Origin: Prevotella sp.
Lineage (GTDB): Bacteria > Bacteroidota > Bacteroidia > Bacteroidales > Dysgonomonadaceae
Reading direction: 5' to 3'
Assembly: GCA_031285625.1 (NCBI GenBank)
Contig: JAITVV010000071.1
Span: 32,001 to 96,000 of the forward strand
Length of the DNA: 64,000 nucleotides
Shown: positions 18,839 through 29,724 of the stretch, one piece after another
Layout of the letters: the number at the start of each line of letters is the position of its first letter
Numbering within the stretch: position 1 is the stretch's first letter
Program-made: the position numbers and the translations under genes
The notes under the pieces: generated by a model
Told to the model about the DNA's origin: nothing
Seen by the model: the letters and a program-made list of their open reading frames with translations, nothing else
Databases searched by the model: none

Positions 18839-19244
18839 TATAAAAATATTTAAGAGGTTAGTATCCAGAATTCATATAGAATAGCAGTCCTGCCATTCTT
18901 GCCAGGATAAAATGTTTATATGCCAGATAAAGCATATCTGATTTTCATCAGTTCCGTTCCTACAATTGAGTATTACTTGATATTGAGTCTAGGGCATTTA
19001 CAAGCTATCAATAATCATAGAATCTTCCTCCAAATTCATTATAAATAATGAACCTAGAATAGTAGGTGGGGTTTTAACAATAGAGGTTAAAGGTAATAGA
19101 TTGACAGTCAGTCCTGTCATGCGTTTTTCTGTATTTTCTCAAATAATCTTGTTACGAATCTACATATTTTTTTTCAATCTACCAATATATCTGCCTCTTT
19201 TTCAATTGATATGACAGATAATGCAACAAGTTTCGCAATTATTC

Positions 19245-20891
19245 CTATCTGTTTTTCTGAATAACACCTATTTTCATAACCATATTTTCAAACTCATCAC
19301 GAGAAACAGCAGCTTTGTTTCGTGCCTTAGTACGGTAATTATATATTGTGCTTAAGGAATACCTCAAAAATCCTGCAATTTTCACACTATCGGTGATCCC
19401 CAGACGTATAAGGGCAAAAATACGCAATTCGGTATTTAATAGTTCTCCTTGTTTGGGTAAGACTTGTTCTTCGCTTATTAGTAGAGAATTAAAGTCTTCA
19501 ACAAAAGTAGGATAAAGACTCAAGAAGATATTATCGAATTTTTTATAAAGTTCTTCCAGCTCATTATCTACCATTGTAGTCGATTTCAACATTTTGAAGA
19601 GTTCATCTAATTGGTTGTTTGCAGCTTTCTTATTCAGTGCCTTTCTGTAATCTTCCAGCTTAGTAATATAAGCAGAGCATAAATCAAAGAAGTGGGCAAT
19701 ATATTCTTCCTTAATATGATTTGATTCAGATAACTCTGAGTTTACTTTATATAATTGGTTGTTTGTATTGCTTATTCCTTCATTTAAGTCTGTCAGCTTT
19801 ACATTTGTACGATAGAGTTCTTTCCGAATTTTAGAAACTCTCTTCATTTGCTTATATACATAGATAACTGCAACAATAAGAAACAGGGATAATATACTGA
19901 TTAGTATAAGATACAATTTCAATTCGCTTTTTTGTTTAGCTTCTTTTGCCTGATAAGTTGTATTAATAATTGAATAGAATTCTGATATTTCAATTGTTCT
20001 GAACCGCACATTACAAAAAACAGCATCTTCGATAGCTGATTTTGTAAATCTATAAGCTTGATCGATATCTCCGCTTTCATAATAAGTCAAAGCAAGACTT
20101 TGCATCGATGCATTATCTTTTATCGCATTTTTAATATCAGTAATTGCCGAAAGAGCATAATATTTTTTCTGCGATATAGAATCATGCTTATTTTTATACA
20201 CATTTCCTAAAAGGTAAGTAACCAATGCATAATCCGGATCATCTTGGGGTATCTTATTTAGTAAGGTTAAAAGGCGATTTCCTGCAATCTCCAGCTGTCC
20301 TTGATAGAGTATCTTTTCAGCATAGGTAATCTGGTACTTAATAGAATTGGGATCTAATGTGGTTAATAAAGAATCCCGGTAAGCCTCGTTTAACTGAAAA
20401 TATGTATGACGATTGTTACTTTGAGCATAATGTCCGTAAAACTGGCTATAAGTTTCAAAATATAATGGAAGGAGTTCTTTTGATAAAGATTTTCTATCAA
20501 TCTGATTTAATATTTCCTTTGATTCAATATACATTCCGGTGGCAGAATAGAGTAAACATAGGTTGAGATTTGTTTCATCTCTAAGATTTATATCACCTAT
20601 ATCTTTAGCTATTTTTTTATTCTTTTCCATATAATAGATTGCTGAATCTATTATATATTTCCTGTATTCTTTGGCTAATTTTGAATTGATTTCGTATTCT
20701 TGATTTTTGGGTAAGTTTTGAGTGTGCAGGAGTTGTTGCAGACTGTTTATCTTCTGCTCCTTTTTTTCCACATAGAATTCTTTATTATTTATTTCCTTAT
20801 TCAACCAGACAAATAATGTATCCTGATCGTCCTTCCCGAAAGAAAGCAAAGGCATAAAGCATATAAGTAAGGCAAGTGTGATTCTTTTCAT
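19245..20891 (-). CDS. SusR-like transmembrane transcriptional regulator (DUF6377)
   Basis: Periplasmic TPR region, TM helix, KEEYIAHFFDLCSAYI, ELRIFALIRLGITDS..IAGFLRYS..TIYNYR. Confidence 0.88.
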   Translation of the reverse strand: MKRITLALLICFMPLLSFGKDDQDTLFVWLNKEINNKEFYVEKKEQKINSLQQLLHTQNLPKNQEYEINSKLAKEYRKYIIDSAIYYMEKNKKIAKDIGDINLRDETNLNLCLLYSATGMYIESKEILNQIDRKSLSKELLPLYFETYSQFYGHYAQSNNRHTYFQLNEAYRDSLLTTLDPNSIKYQITYAEKILYQGQLEIAGNRLLTLLNKIPQDDPDYALVTYLLGNVYKNKHDSISQKKYYALSAITDIKNAIKDNASMQSLALTYYESGDIDQAYRFTKSAIEDAVFCNVRFRTIEISEFYSIINTTYQAKEAKQKSELKLYLILISILSLFLIVAVIYVYKQMKRVSKIRKELYRTNVKLTDLNEGISNTNNQLYKVNSELSESNHIKEEYIAHFFDLCSAYITKLEDYRKALNKKAANNQLDELFKMLKSTTMVDNELEELYKKFDNIFLSLYPTFVEDFNSLLISEEQVLPKQGELLNTELRIFALIRLGITDSVKIAGFLRYSLSTIYNYRTKARNKAAVSRDEFENMVMKIGVIQKNR

Positions 20892-21147
20892 ATAAAACCG
20901 GGTATGATAGCCTCAAAGTTAATGAAAAAATAGTTTCCTCATTCCAAATTTATTAAGTACTATCCGGAGTGGAGTGCAGGTGAGGAAATTTCTGCACTAA
21001 TCTGAAGGCAGGCGAATATATTGCATAGCATATAAAAGATATAATATAGCAGAAAATCAGTATCTTTATATACGAAATATTAAACACTATGATGACTTTT
21101 AATAACTCTTTATTTCCATTAACCTGAATTCAACCATAAATCCTAAT

Positions 21148-22938
21148 ATGCATACTTCGATTAAGAAAGACCTCGAAAAAGCAGCTGTTTTCTTCAAAAG
21201 GAAGAAATATGATGTAGTAATCAGTTATTGCGACAATATTTTAAGACTTGATAAAGATAATGAAGAAGCAACAAAACTAAAACTCGATTCATTAGTCGGA
21301 ATAGTCAGGTATTATTTGAAGAAAAAGGATTATGCTACTGCAATGCATTTTTCATATGTCGGTTTAGAAATTGATAAGTTATATCCTCCATTAGTACATG
21401 CTTTTCTCGATTGTTGCTTTAGGGGAGGTTTTGCCATTGGTTCCGACTATAAAAAAGAAATCCTTGACACTGAATTTAATTATATACCACTAATTGAGTA
21501 TAAAGCTGCGCTTCTTGATATATCTGAAGGTACAGTAGAAGCATTAAAATATTTAGAAAACGAAACTGCTAAAAATCCGGATATTTCCAATTTATATTTT
21601 GTAAAAGGATTCAGCTTATTCAAACAAAATAAATTTGAAGAAGCTATGATTGAATTTGACAAATCTATAGAATTAGCTGACGAAGAAATATTTAGACTGC
21701 ACCTTTATAAAGCTTTATCTTTAGCCAATATAGGGAAACATGAAGAGGCAGCAGAGATTATGAGAAATATTAAAACGAATATAACCGATATAATTGATCA
21801 AACCTTCTTTATCGAGCATTATAAACAAAGACTACCTGTTATTTATGAATTAATATACGGAGATGAACAATCTGAATTTAATCGTATAGTAACACAACAT
21901 GGAATTAAGAGGGATCTTAATAATCCGGAATATAAATATTATGCAAAGTATTTCGTAAAGAAGCATATTTATTCGACTAATAAAAAACATCTGAAAGACA
22001 AATTAATATTTCTATTACTGAAATTCAAGTTATTCAGGAATAGCATCCATAATTTTTTCTTGAAAAAAGAGAAACAAAACAAATTTACGATTAAAGCCTT
22101 TTGTCCGAATATAAAAAAACATCAACGTAAAATATTTAAGGTTGCTATGGCATTTATATTCTCTCTATTGCTTTACTGTTTCTTAGTTCTTTATCTGATA
22201 ATAACATTCTTTGTATTACAAGAGGTTTTGAGTAGATTCCTGCCGTCCTACACCAGAGGAGGAAATATTGATTTATTGGTATTATATCTTTCGGTAACAG
22301 TATTTACCATTATAATCAGCTCAAGATCGATACTTCCTGCAATCAAAGATGGTTTTAATGAAGGGTACATTAAAAAATATTTAAAGAAATCCAAAACGAA
22401 TAAGATTCAACAAAAAAGTATCAGATATTACATGAACCTTCTGCCGAGTAACATATTAAGGTTTTATACAAATCATTATAAGGTCGCTCATTTTTACAAT
22501 AAAATTCCAAAAAATCCAGTTATCGCCGGAAAAATAGAAAAGTACAGAATAAGTAGAATCAGAAGAAACACTAATTTTTTCAGATACTTAAAATACTTAT
22601 TTTATAAGCTAAGTCTTAAACTGACTATTATAAAACAAAAGGATTTTTCTTTTGAAAAGGCCCAAAAGTTCACTGTATATTTTATCTATTTTACTTATTT
22701 CTCTTTGATTTTAATAACATATATATTTAAGTACGGACAATTCGAATTTATCCACAGGTATTTTGAAACTAAGGGAATCGATATTGCATTCGTAGATGAT
22801 GCGATAAATACTATAATATTTTCCCTGATTACTTTTATGGCATTTGAAAATATCCGCTCAACCCGAAATGATTTAGATACCAGCCGGAAACCTGCAGCGG
22901 TTTATCCGGATGGAACAGATGCTATAACAAAAAAGTAG
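21148..22938 (+). CDS. TPR-containing multi-pass membrane protein
   Basis: N-terminal TPR-like helices and about four hydrophobic segments; AT-rich. Confidence 0.65.
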   Translation: MHTSIKKDLEKAAVFFKRKKYDVVISYCDNILRLDKDNEEATKLKLDSLVGIVRYYLKKKDYATAMHFSYVGLEIDKLYPPLVHAFLDCCFRGGFAIGSDYKKEILDTEFNYIPLIEYKAALLDISEGTVEALKYLENETAKNPDISNLYFVKGFSLFKQNKFEEAMIEFDKSIELADEEIFRLHLYKALSLANIGKHEEAAEIMRNIKTNITDIIDQTFFIEHYKQRLPVIYELIYGDEQSEFNRIVTQHGIKRDLNNPEYKYYAKYFVKKHIYSTNKKHLKDKLIFLLLKFKLFRNSIHNFFLKKEKQNKFTIKAFCPNIKKHQRKIFKVAMAFIFSLLLYCFLVLYLIITFFVLQEVLSRFLPSYTRGGNIDLLVLYLSVTVFTIIISSRSILPAIKDGFNEGYIKKYLKKSKTNKIQQKSIRYYMNLLPSNILRFYTNHYKVAHFYNKIPKNPVIAGKIEKYRISRIRRNTNFFRYLKYLFYKLSLKLTIIKQKDFSFEKAQKFTVYFIYFTYFSLILITYIFKYGQFEFIHRYFETKGIDIAFVDDAINTIIFSLITFMAFENIRSTRNDLDTSRKPAAVYPDGTDAITKK

Positions 22939-23000
22939 AACTTGCCCGAAAAGAATGTAACAAAAAAGGTCACCAAATTGGTGGCCTTTCCTTTTCCTAG

Positions 23001-23073
23001 TGATCCCGCTGGGGCTCGAACCCAGGACCCCATCATTAAAAGTGATGTGCTCTACCTGCTGAGCTACGGAATC
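23001..23073 (-). tRNA. tRNA-Lys (TTT)
   Basis: GATTCCG-TA-GCTC..GAGC-A-CATCA CT TTT AA TGATG..CTGGG TTCGAGC CCCAG-CGGGATC-A cloverleaf. Confidence 0.97.
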
Positions 23074-23248
23074 TCCTTATTGCTTTATTAAAGCGAGTGC
23101 AAAGGTAGTTGAAAATATTTATTTACCAAATAATTGGCTGTGAAATTTATCCAGAATGATTTTTTTTTCTGTTTCTATTTTAATTTTGTATATTTATTAT
23201 TTTGTATATTAATCAATTACACAACATTGGAGGTAATGAAAAAAATAT

Positions 23249-24667
23249 TCAATACTGAATGTTTCTAAAAAGGGTTCTTGCTTCTCGTGCTTTATTCAAA
23301 TATGTGATTAAAACATTTCTATCAAATAATTCCGGATTCTGGGGTACATAGATAAGCTGAAATAAAGACATTAACTCTTTATCAGTAAACTGGTCTAATA
23401 TATCATTAAATTGATCTTTATCATCTATTTCGAAATAGAGCAAAGCCAAGCGTTCTTTTATTGCCAGATTATTTGGATCGAGCTCCAAAAGCTTTTCTGT
23501 ATAATAGGCAGCTTTTTCATAATTTTCTTCTTTTATATTTATAATAGCCAACCTATCTATTAAATGAAAATTATCGTCATTTTGTAAGTAAATATTTAGA
23601 TAGTGGACCTTAGCCTCCTCATAATGTCCTTGCTTAAATGCAATTTCTCCGGCGATCATATTCAAATCCAAAAAATCCGGATACTTAACCAAGCCGTCCT
23701 GCACTATGTCGTACGCAGCATTATAATCTCCTTTTTGAATGTATATGTATGCCCGCTTTGATAGCAGCTCTGCAGTTTCAATATACGCAGCCTCATATTT
23801 AGACAAACATTGAAGAGCCTCATCGTACATTTCCAATGATTGGTAACATTCTGCGAGCAAGAAATAAATTGATATATCCTCCGGATCGGACAGAAGGAGT
23901 TCATTGAAAATTTCAATAGCTTCCTCTACACGCTCAGCCAAAGACATACAGTGTGCTCTTAATTTTAACACGTTACTATCCGAATCATTAATGGTAAGCG
24001 CGAAATCAAAGGCATCTATTGCTTTCTCAAATTCTTCATTAAGAGAAAAAAGCTTACCTAAATTAACCCATGCCTCATATGTGTACGGTTCTACGTCTAG
24101 TATTTTGTTAGTAGTGGTAATCGCAAAGTCAAAGTTACCCAGCATTTCATATGCGTACGCCAAATCTGATAATACATCTATATTTTCAGGATTGTATTTC
24201 AGACTTTCCTGAAAGTAGATAACAGCTTCTTTGAAGTAATCAGCCTCTACATACAGAAAACCTAGTTCCATAAATATATTTTCAGGATCTTCGTCTTCTT
24301 CCTTGTTAAGCAGCTCTTTTGTTAATTCATATGCTTTTGAGTAGTTATCTAATTGAAGATAACATTCTATCTTAAGAAGAAATAAATCGAAATCATATTC
24401 CAATGATAATTTCTCTAATATCCTTAAGGCAAAAGAGTATTCTCCGTCATAAACAGCAAATTTAGCCTTTTTAATCACCAACGAGTTATTCCCCGGATGG
24501 ATGGATAATCCGGTGTCAACTATTTCTCTGGCAATATCTATCTCATCTTGTGAATCATAATATTCAGCAAGATCTCCAAATTCATCCGCATCAAAATAGA
24601 TATTCTTACCAGACTCCACCGCCTGCTCATATCTTTTTATTAGCTCTAATATATCTTTTTCCGCCAT
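23249..24667 (-). CDS. Tetratricopeptide repeat protein
   Basis: Multiple TPRs; N-terminal YFDADEFGDLAEYY typical of a conserved Bacteroidetes TPR family. Confidence 0.88.
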   Translation of the reverse strand: MAEKDILELIKRYEQAVESGKNIYFDADEFGDLAEYYDSQDEIDIAREIVDTGLSIHPGNNSLVIKKAKFAVYDGEYSFALRILEKLSLEYDFDLFLLKIECYLQLDNYSKAYELTKELLNKEEDEDPENIFMELGFLYVEADYFKEAVIYFQESLKYNPENIDVLSDLAYAYEMLGNFDFAITTTNKILDVEPYTYEAWVNLGKLFSLNEEFEKAIDAFDFALTINDSDSNVLKLRAHCMSLAERVEEAIEIFNELLLSDPEDISIYFLLAECYQSLEMYDEALQCLSKYEAAYIETAELLSKRAYIYIQKGDYNAAYDIVQDGLVKYPDFLDLNMIAGEIAFKQGHYEEAKVHYLNIYLQNDDNFHLIDRLAIINIKEENYEKAAYYTEKLLELDPNNLAIKERLALLYFEIDDKDQFNDILDQFTDKELMSLFQLIYVPQNPELFDRNVLITYLNKAREARTLFRNIQY

Positions 24668-24767
24668 CTTATCTATTTCATAAAGGGCTACAAAGGTAAT
24701 ACTTTTTTAAGGTGTTTTACTTTGGTTTTATGAATCTATTCGTCTCAAAAGTAGATATCAAACAAAT

Positions 24768-24797
24768 AAAAGGCTACCCATTGATGGGTAGCCTTTT
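24768..24797. terminator. Intrinsic terminator
   Basis: AAAAGGCTACCCA-TTGA-TGGGTAGCCTTTT. Confidence 0.8.
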
Positions 24798-24815
24798 AAA
24801 TAATAGACCGGGATA

Positions 24816-25292
24816 CTATTTTGTTATTTTGCTGAAAGTGTCTATTAACATTGCTTTAGTAATTTCTTTTTCATCGATTTCCAGTTGCTTGGCAATTGCT
24901 GCTTTGACATCTGTCGAACTACTAATCACTTTTTCTTTATAAAGAAGTGTTTCCGAATCTTTATCTGTAGTAAGAGTTAGCTTGTCATCTTTAAGTTTAT
25001 AAGTTCCTTCTGTTTCAACGCTTGATTTTTTAGCTTGGAATGTTCCATCTAACTTAAAAACATAAGTATTGTTGACATTATCTGTCATTTCCTCTATTGC
25101 CTTAACTACCTCATCCTTAATGTCAGGATTTGTAACTTCTACCTCAGCCGCCGTTTTTGAGTGTTTCCATGTGCCCAAAAGTTCAACATTTCCATTTCCG
25201 CCTTTATCATCATCGTCATCACTACAAGATGTAACACCAAGGCCTAAAATAAAGGCGCACAGAGATAATCCTAGAATTTTTCTAAGTTTCAT
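24816..25292 (-). CDS. Lipocalin-like lipoprotein
   Basis: Lipobox VTSC-SDDDDDK; LLGTWK; FKLDGTF; GTYKL. Confidence 0.75.
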   Translation of the reverse strand: MKLRKILGLSLCAFILGLGVTSCSDDDDDKGGNGNVELLGTWKHSKTAAEVEVTNPDIKDEVVKAIEEMTDNVNNTYVFKLDGTFQAKKSSVETEGTYKLKDDKLTLTTDKDSETLLYKEKVISSSTDVKAAIAKQLEIDEKEITKAMLIDTFSKITK

Positions 25293-25468
25293 AATTAATT
25301 TTTCTTTTTTAATTAACTAACAAATGTTTTTACAGTGATATCACTTTATAAAGAAACTTTCGATCGGTTTCTAAGAGTAAGATGTAAAGACTCGTTATTA
25401 TGTTGCATCAACAAATCTTTATAAAATATAAAAAAAATGGAGGTGCTTTATATCAAGAAGTTAGACAC

Positions 25469-26068
25469 CTATTGAGAGCTATCTTTTTTTCTCATCAGTT
25501 CGTCCCTTAATAAAGAAGCAAGTTCATAATCTTCGCCATCAATAGCATCTTTTAGCAAAGTTTCAAGCTCATCTTTATTAAGCAGAGAATAGTCGAGGGC
25601 GAGATTGTCTTTTTCATCTTCATGCAAATTTTCCGGAGTTACATTTTCATCAAATACAACAGCCTGACTTTGCATGATAAATTCTGAAGTAAAAATAGGA
25701 GCCTTGGTTCTCAAAGCTATAGCTATGGCATCAGATGTTCGAGATTCTATCTCTACAGTCTTATTAGCTTGACGAAAAACCATTCTGGAAAAGAAAACTC
25801 CATTCTCGTATTTGTAAATATTTATTTCGAGCAATGATATCGACAATTGAGACAGCAGTGACTGGAATAGATCATGAGTCAATGGCCTTGGAGGGATAGA
25901 GCCCTGAAGTTTAAAGGCAATAGACTGCGCTTCCGGTGTACCAACTATGATCATAAGACGGCGTAATCCATCCTCCTCAGCCAAGACTAAACCATACGTG
26001 CCCGACTGAGTTTGATTGAATGAGAATCCTAAAACCGATAGTCTTATCTTATCTTCCATACATGTCAA
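25469..26068 (-). CDS. Bifunctional nuclease family (DUF151) with C-terminal UVR motif
   Basis: RPLTHDLF, SRTSDAIAIALR, EDYELASLLRDEL. Confidence 0.9.
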   Translation of the reverse strand: MTCMEDKIRLSVLGFSFNQTQSGTYGLVLAEEDGLRRLMIIVGTPEAQSIAFKLQGSIPPRPLTHDLFQSLLSQLSISLLEINIYKYENGVFFSRMVFRQANKTVEIESRTSDAIAIALRTKAPIFTSEFIMQSQAVVFDENVTPENLHEDEKDNLALDYSLLNKDELETLLKDAIDGEDYELASLLRDELMRKKDSSQ

Positions 26069-26240
26069 AAGTAGATATTTATTTTTTATATTTATAAGAA
26101 CAGCTCTTGTTTTAAAACATTTTATCTTAACTTAAGATTGCTAAATTTTATTTTTTTCTTGTTTTTTCTGCGTAAATATTAAAAATTGTTTTATTTTGCA
26201 ATAGATTTTAATTAGTGAAAGAAAATCGCGATACAAACAA

Positions 26241-28106
26241 GTGCAAAATACAAATTTACACATTGACAAAAGGAGAACCTTCTTGTTCTTTTTTCTAATA
26301 TTTTTTACAATTACTATTTCTGCTGGCGGTGGGGATAGTATATATGTTAAGCAGTATAATAAAGTAAGATATTATCATTCTGATTCCATCTTTCAAAAAT
26401 ATGCTCAATCCGGATTTTTGTCTGTAATAGATGAAATGTACGATTATTATGAAGACATTGTCGAATACCTGCCAACTGACAGACAATTTCAGGAAGTAGC
26501 CAAAATAAGACAAATAGCCAAACAATATAACTCAACCGAACTGGACACTGAGGCTGACTTTATGCATGCTTATGTTTTGCCCGTAAAATCCGATAAAGAT
26601 ATTGCCTATAAAGTTTCCCGGATGGAGTCGGTTGTCAATAATGCTGTCAGGCAAGGTAACGTGATAATAAAGTTGAGGGCGATGGAAGCTATATTCGAAA
26701 TCCATTGGAAACATTCTCAATATGCCAAAGCTTTTAGCCAAGCCTATCTGATAGATAATGAACTGCAAAATGTAAGTGAATCCGAATATCCGGGAAAAGG
26801 AAATGCATACTTCCATATAGGTCAAGCCTTTAGTTTTTTCCATGATTATGACAAGGCAATGCCTTATTTACGTAAGGCCTTAAATCCTCCCAAATATTAC
26901 TTTGACAGGTCAGACCTTTTAGCTAGAAATGCTATTGGTGAATATTACAATTCAGTAGGATTAATAGATTCAGCAGAATATTACTTCCGTTCAGCATACT
27001 TCAGCTCACACAATGTTAAAGCAAAACCCATTCTGGATGCTATTTCCCTCAGTAATATCGGTCAATCATTGTTGAATAAGAAGGATTATAACAATGCTAT
27101 TTCATATCTCCGCGCAGGCTTGAACCGTATTTTGATGGATAATGATTATGAATTTGCTTCGGATGTCACATTAGGACTAGCTAAATGTTATTTGGCGAAG
27201 AATGATTTCAAGAAAGCCAAGAGTTTAATAGATTCCACAAGAATGTTCATCGACAGAAGTGATCATGTAGATTTATATCAATCTTTATATCCTTTGATGT
27301 GTGATTATTATTCAAAAACAGCTAATACTCAGCTTTCTGCTGCATATTTTGATTCTACCCTGATGATCACCAAACTATACGCAGATAAATATAATAGTTT
27401 GCATATCTTAAAGGCCGAACAAGATCTGTATGAATCGAAAGCAAAGGCAAAAGACGAAGAGATACGACTGAAAGAAGAGAATTTTAAGTCTAAAATATTT
27501 TATGGCGTTGCAATTCTCCTGATTATAACCATAGGTTTGCTTTTTCTTATTGTGTTATACCATAAAAACAGGATAGCATACAGAGCTCTTGTCTTAAAAA
27601 ATCAGGATTGGGCACGAGATACATCTTATGATACATACGAAGCTCCGGAGGTAATTGAACCTGAACCTGCTGCGGTTGACACAGTGGAAGATACTGTAGA
27701 AATAGTAGAAGAGGAGAAAGAAGATGAGCCAACTAAAGAGGATATTGCTTTGATGAAACAAGTACATGAGTTGGTTACAAAAGATAAAATATATAAGGAT
27801 ATGGAGTTAACACTTGATGCTTTAGCCAAAAGAATGAGTGTTAACCGAAATTATTTATCCAAGGCAATAAACAAAACGACAAATAAAAACTTCAACACAT
27901 ATATAAATGAATATAGAGTGAAAGAAGCTATAAAAATCTTATCCTCCAAGAAGGCCGACCTAATGTCAATTGATGCTATCGCTTTTGATGCCGGATTTAA
28001 TAACAGAACCTCCTTCTATCAATCTTTCAAAAAAATAACAGGGCTATCACCTTCTGATTTCAGGGATAATAAACCCGCCGAAAAAGAGTCTGTAAAATTT
28101 AGATAG
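26241..28106 (+). CDS. TPR-sensor/AraC-family transmembrane regulator
   Basis: TPRs, TM helix, C-terminal NFNTYINEYRV...AGFNNRTSFYQSFKKITGLSPSDFR. Confidence 0.9.
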   Translation: MQNTNLHIDKRRTFLFFFLIFFTITISAGGGDSIYVKQYNKVRYYHSDSIFQKYAQSGFLSVIDEMYDYYEDIVEYLPTDRQFQEVAKIRQIAKQYNSTELDTEADFMHAYVLPVKSDKDIAYKVSRMESVVNNAVRQGNVIIKLRAMEAIFEIHWKHSQYAKAFSQAYLIDNELQNVSESEYPGKGNAYFHIGQAFSFFHDYDKAMPYLRKALNPPKYYFDRSDLLARNAIGEYYNSVGLIDSAEYYFRSAYFSSHNVKAKPILDAISLSNIGQSLLNKKDYNNAISYLRAGLNRILMDNDYEFASDVTLGLAKCYLAKNDFKKAKSLIDSTRMFIDRSDHVDLYQSLYPLMCDYYSKTANTQLSAAYFDSTLMITKLYADKYNSLHILKAEQDLYESKAKAKDEEIRLKEENFKSKIFYGVAILLIITIGLLFLIVLYHKNRIAYRALVLKNQDWARDTSYDTYEAPEVIEPEPAAVDTVEDTVEIVEEEKEDEPTKEDIALMKQVHELVTKDKIYKDMELTLDALAKRMSVNRNYLSKAINKTTNKNFNTYINEYRVKEAIKILSSKKADLMSIDAIAFDAGFNNRTSFYQSFKKITGLSPSDFRDNKPAEKESVKFR

Positions 28107-28327
28107 TCCTATATTCTGAGAAAATGGAATCTGTAATGATATTTCCATTCTGTTTTTCTCAAATCATAAGAAACTCATTGATAGAATAATACAAAACTTG
28201 TAGTTAGGATTTATAAAAATTAACCGGGATTTTAGGATTAAACTATATTTTTGTTAAGTCATCGGAAATATTGACAGTGGATGTTTTATATTCCCAACCT
28301 TACACACTTTACAGAACAAGCAAACTT

Positions 28328-28362
28328 AAAAAGGAGCAAATCGGTGAGATTCGCTCCTTTTT
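28328..28362. terminator. Bidirectional terminator
   Basis: AAAAAGGAGC-AAATC..GATTC-GCTCCTTTTT. Confidence 0.75.
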
Positions 28363-28384
28363 GATTATAGAAAAATGTAAATTG

Positions 28385-29248
28385 TTAATTTGTTCTCCAG
28401 ACAATATAAGATGTATTCAAAGGTACTTCAGGCTGCTCAACCCCAAACTCTGTTTTGTTATGTTCCTTGTCATAATACCACCCAAAGGCTGTGTTTGTTC
28501 CCACTAAATAGATAGCATCACTTACACCTATATCAATAAGTGCTTGTGAAAAGTCATGAAATGATTCGGCACTACGGCTTTCAACCATTACAACCTTACT
28601 GGATCTCACAGCCAGAGCCCGGCGTATCGATTTATTCTTGGGATTGTTTTCTATAAGCTCACCTTCGCTAACAAGAGGATATTGTCTGAAGAAATAACCT
28701 TTTGAATCAATTGCTTTTTTTAAGAGCGGCGTATTGTCTTTAACTCCAATAGTGATATCGCCATCTATAATGGCGCAAAATCCCGTTTTTGCAATACCTC
28801 TGGACAATTGTTGCCCTGCCAGTACAAAGTCTCCCACAATCTCAAGATTATCGCCTCTGATATCCGCTGCCTGCGTGATAAAGATGATTGTGGAGTCAGA
28901 TTTATCCGGCTGGCCTACCGATAATGTCATTTCCGCATCGTGAGGTAGATAGACAAATAAAGGTACATCGTTAACCGTCTCCTCCAAAACTTCTACATAA
29001 CCTTTTATTGTATCATTTTTTATGGGGCTGGGGATCGTTTTTTCTATAGTTTGATGTGTAACCGGTTCAAAATAGTAATCGGGTTCTTGTTTTTGTAAAG
29101 AGAATATCAAGACAAGTATGATTGCTATTACGGCAATACAGACACCGATTATCACCCATATTTTACCAGAATTAGGTTTTTTCTCTCCACCTTCCTTCGA
29201 ACCAAGAAAGTAGACATCATTTTCAGCTTTTATATCTTTCTTGCTCAT
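28385..29248 (-). CDS. Membrane-anchored protein with phosphodiester-glycosidase (NAGPA)-like domain
   Basis: N-terminal TM; FFRQYPLV..G, RRALA, GVSDAIYLVG pattern. Confidence 0.5.
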   Translation of the reverse strand: MSKKDIKAENDVYFLGSKEGGEKKPNSGKIWVIIGVCIAVIAIILVLIFSLQKQEPDYYFEPVTHQTIEKTIPSPIKNDTIKGYVEVLEETVNDVPLFVYLPHDAEMTLSVGQPDKSDSTIIFITQAADIRGDNLEIVGDFVLAGQQLSRGIAKTGFCAIIDGDITIGVKDNTPLLKKAIDSKGYFFRQYPLVSEGELIENNPKNKSIRRALAVRSSKVVMVESRSAESFHDFSQALIDIGVSDAIYLVGTNTAFGWYYDKEHNKTEFGVEQPEVPLNTSYIVWRTN

Positions 29249-29631
29249 ATCTCTACCCTCCTGTTCTTTAAACTATCTTCTAATACATTCTTTAGCGCTC
29301 TCAAAGCTTCTTTTGAAGCTGAGAGTACAAACTTATGAGGAAAACTACTGTCTGATAAAATAATCTGCTGCTTGGATACATTCACATAATAGATATACTT
29401 AGCATTAATTATCAGACTTTTTCCTAGTCGGATAAATGTTTGGGCATCCATACCCAACTGTTGCTCTATCACTCTCTCAAAGGTACCCAGATTGAATGTA
29501 AACAGATGCTCATCTTTATTGATAAGTACCATGGTAGAATAGTTCCCATCAGAAGAGATGTACACTATCCTGTCAGGCGAGACTCTTACCAGATCATTAC
29601 TGTTTGTTAAAACCAGATATCTTACCATCAT
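29245..29631 (-). CDS. LytTR DNA-binding domain protein
   Basis: IVYISSDGNYS, FIRLGKSLIIN. Confidence 0.88.
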   Translation of the reverse strand: MMVRYLVLTNSNDLVRVSPDRIVYISSDGNYSTMVLINKDEHLFTFNLGTFERVIEQQLGMDAQTFIRLGKSLIINAKYIYYVNVSKQQIILSDSSFPHKFVLSASKEALRALKNVLEDSLKNRRVEI

Positions 29632-29724
29632 AATCTTTTTATCAATACAAAAATAGGCTATTCTTTGTATTTCCGGTTATTTCCATCAAGTATATGTATA
29701 AAATACTATGTTTATTGTATGAAA

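Noticed and set aside
19392-19400. GTGATCCC match to the tRNA-Lys 3' end as a possible att site
   Set aside because: Only 8 bp, inside an intact coding sequence, and no integrase nearby
28271-28507. 78-aa plus-strand ORF
   Set aside because: TTG start, runs through a terminator and overlaps the convergent gene
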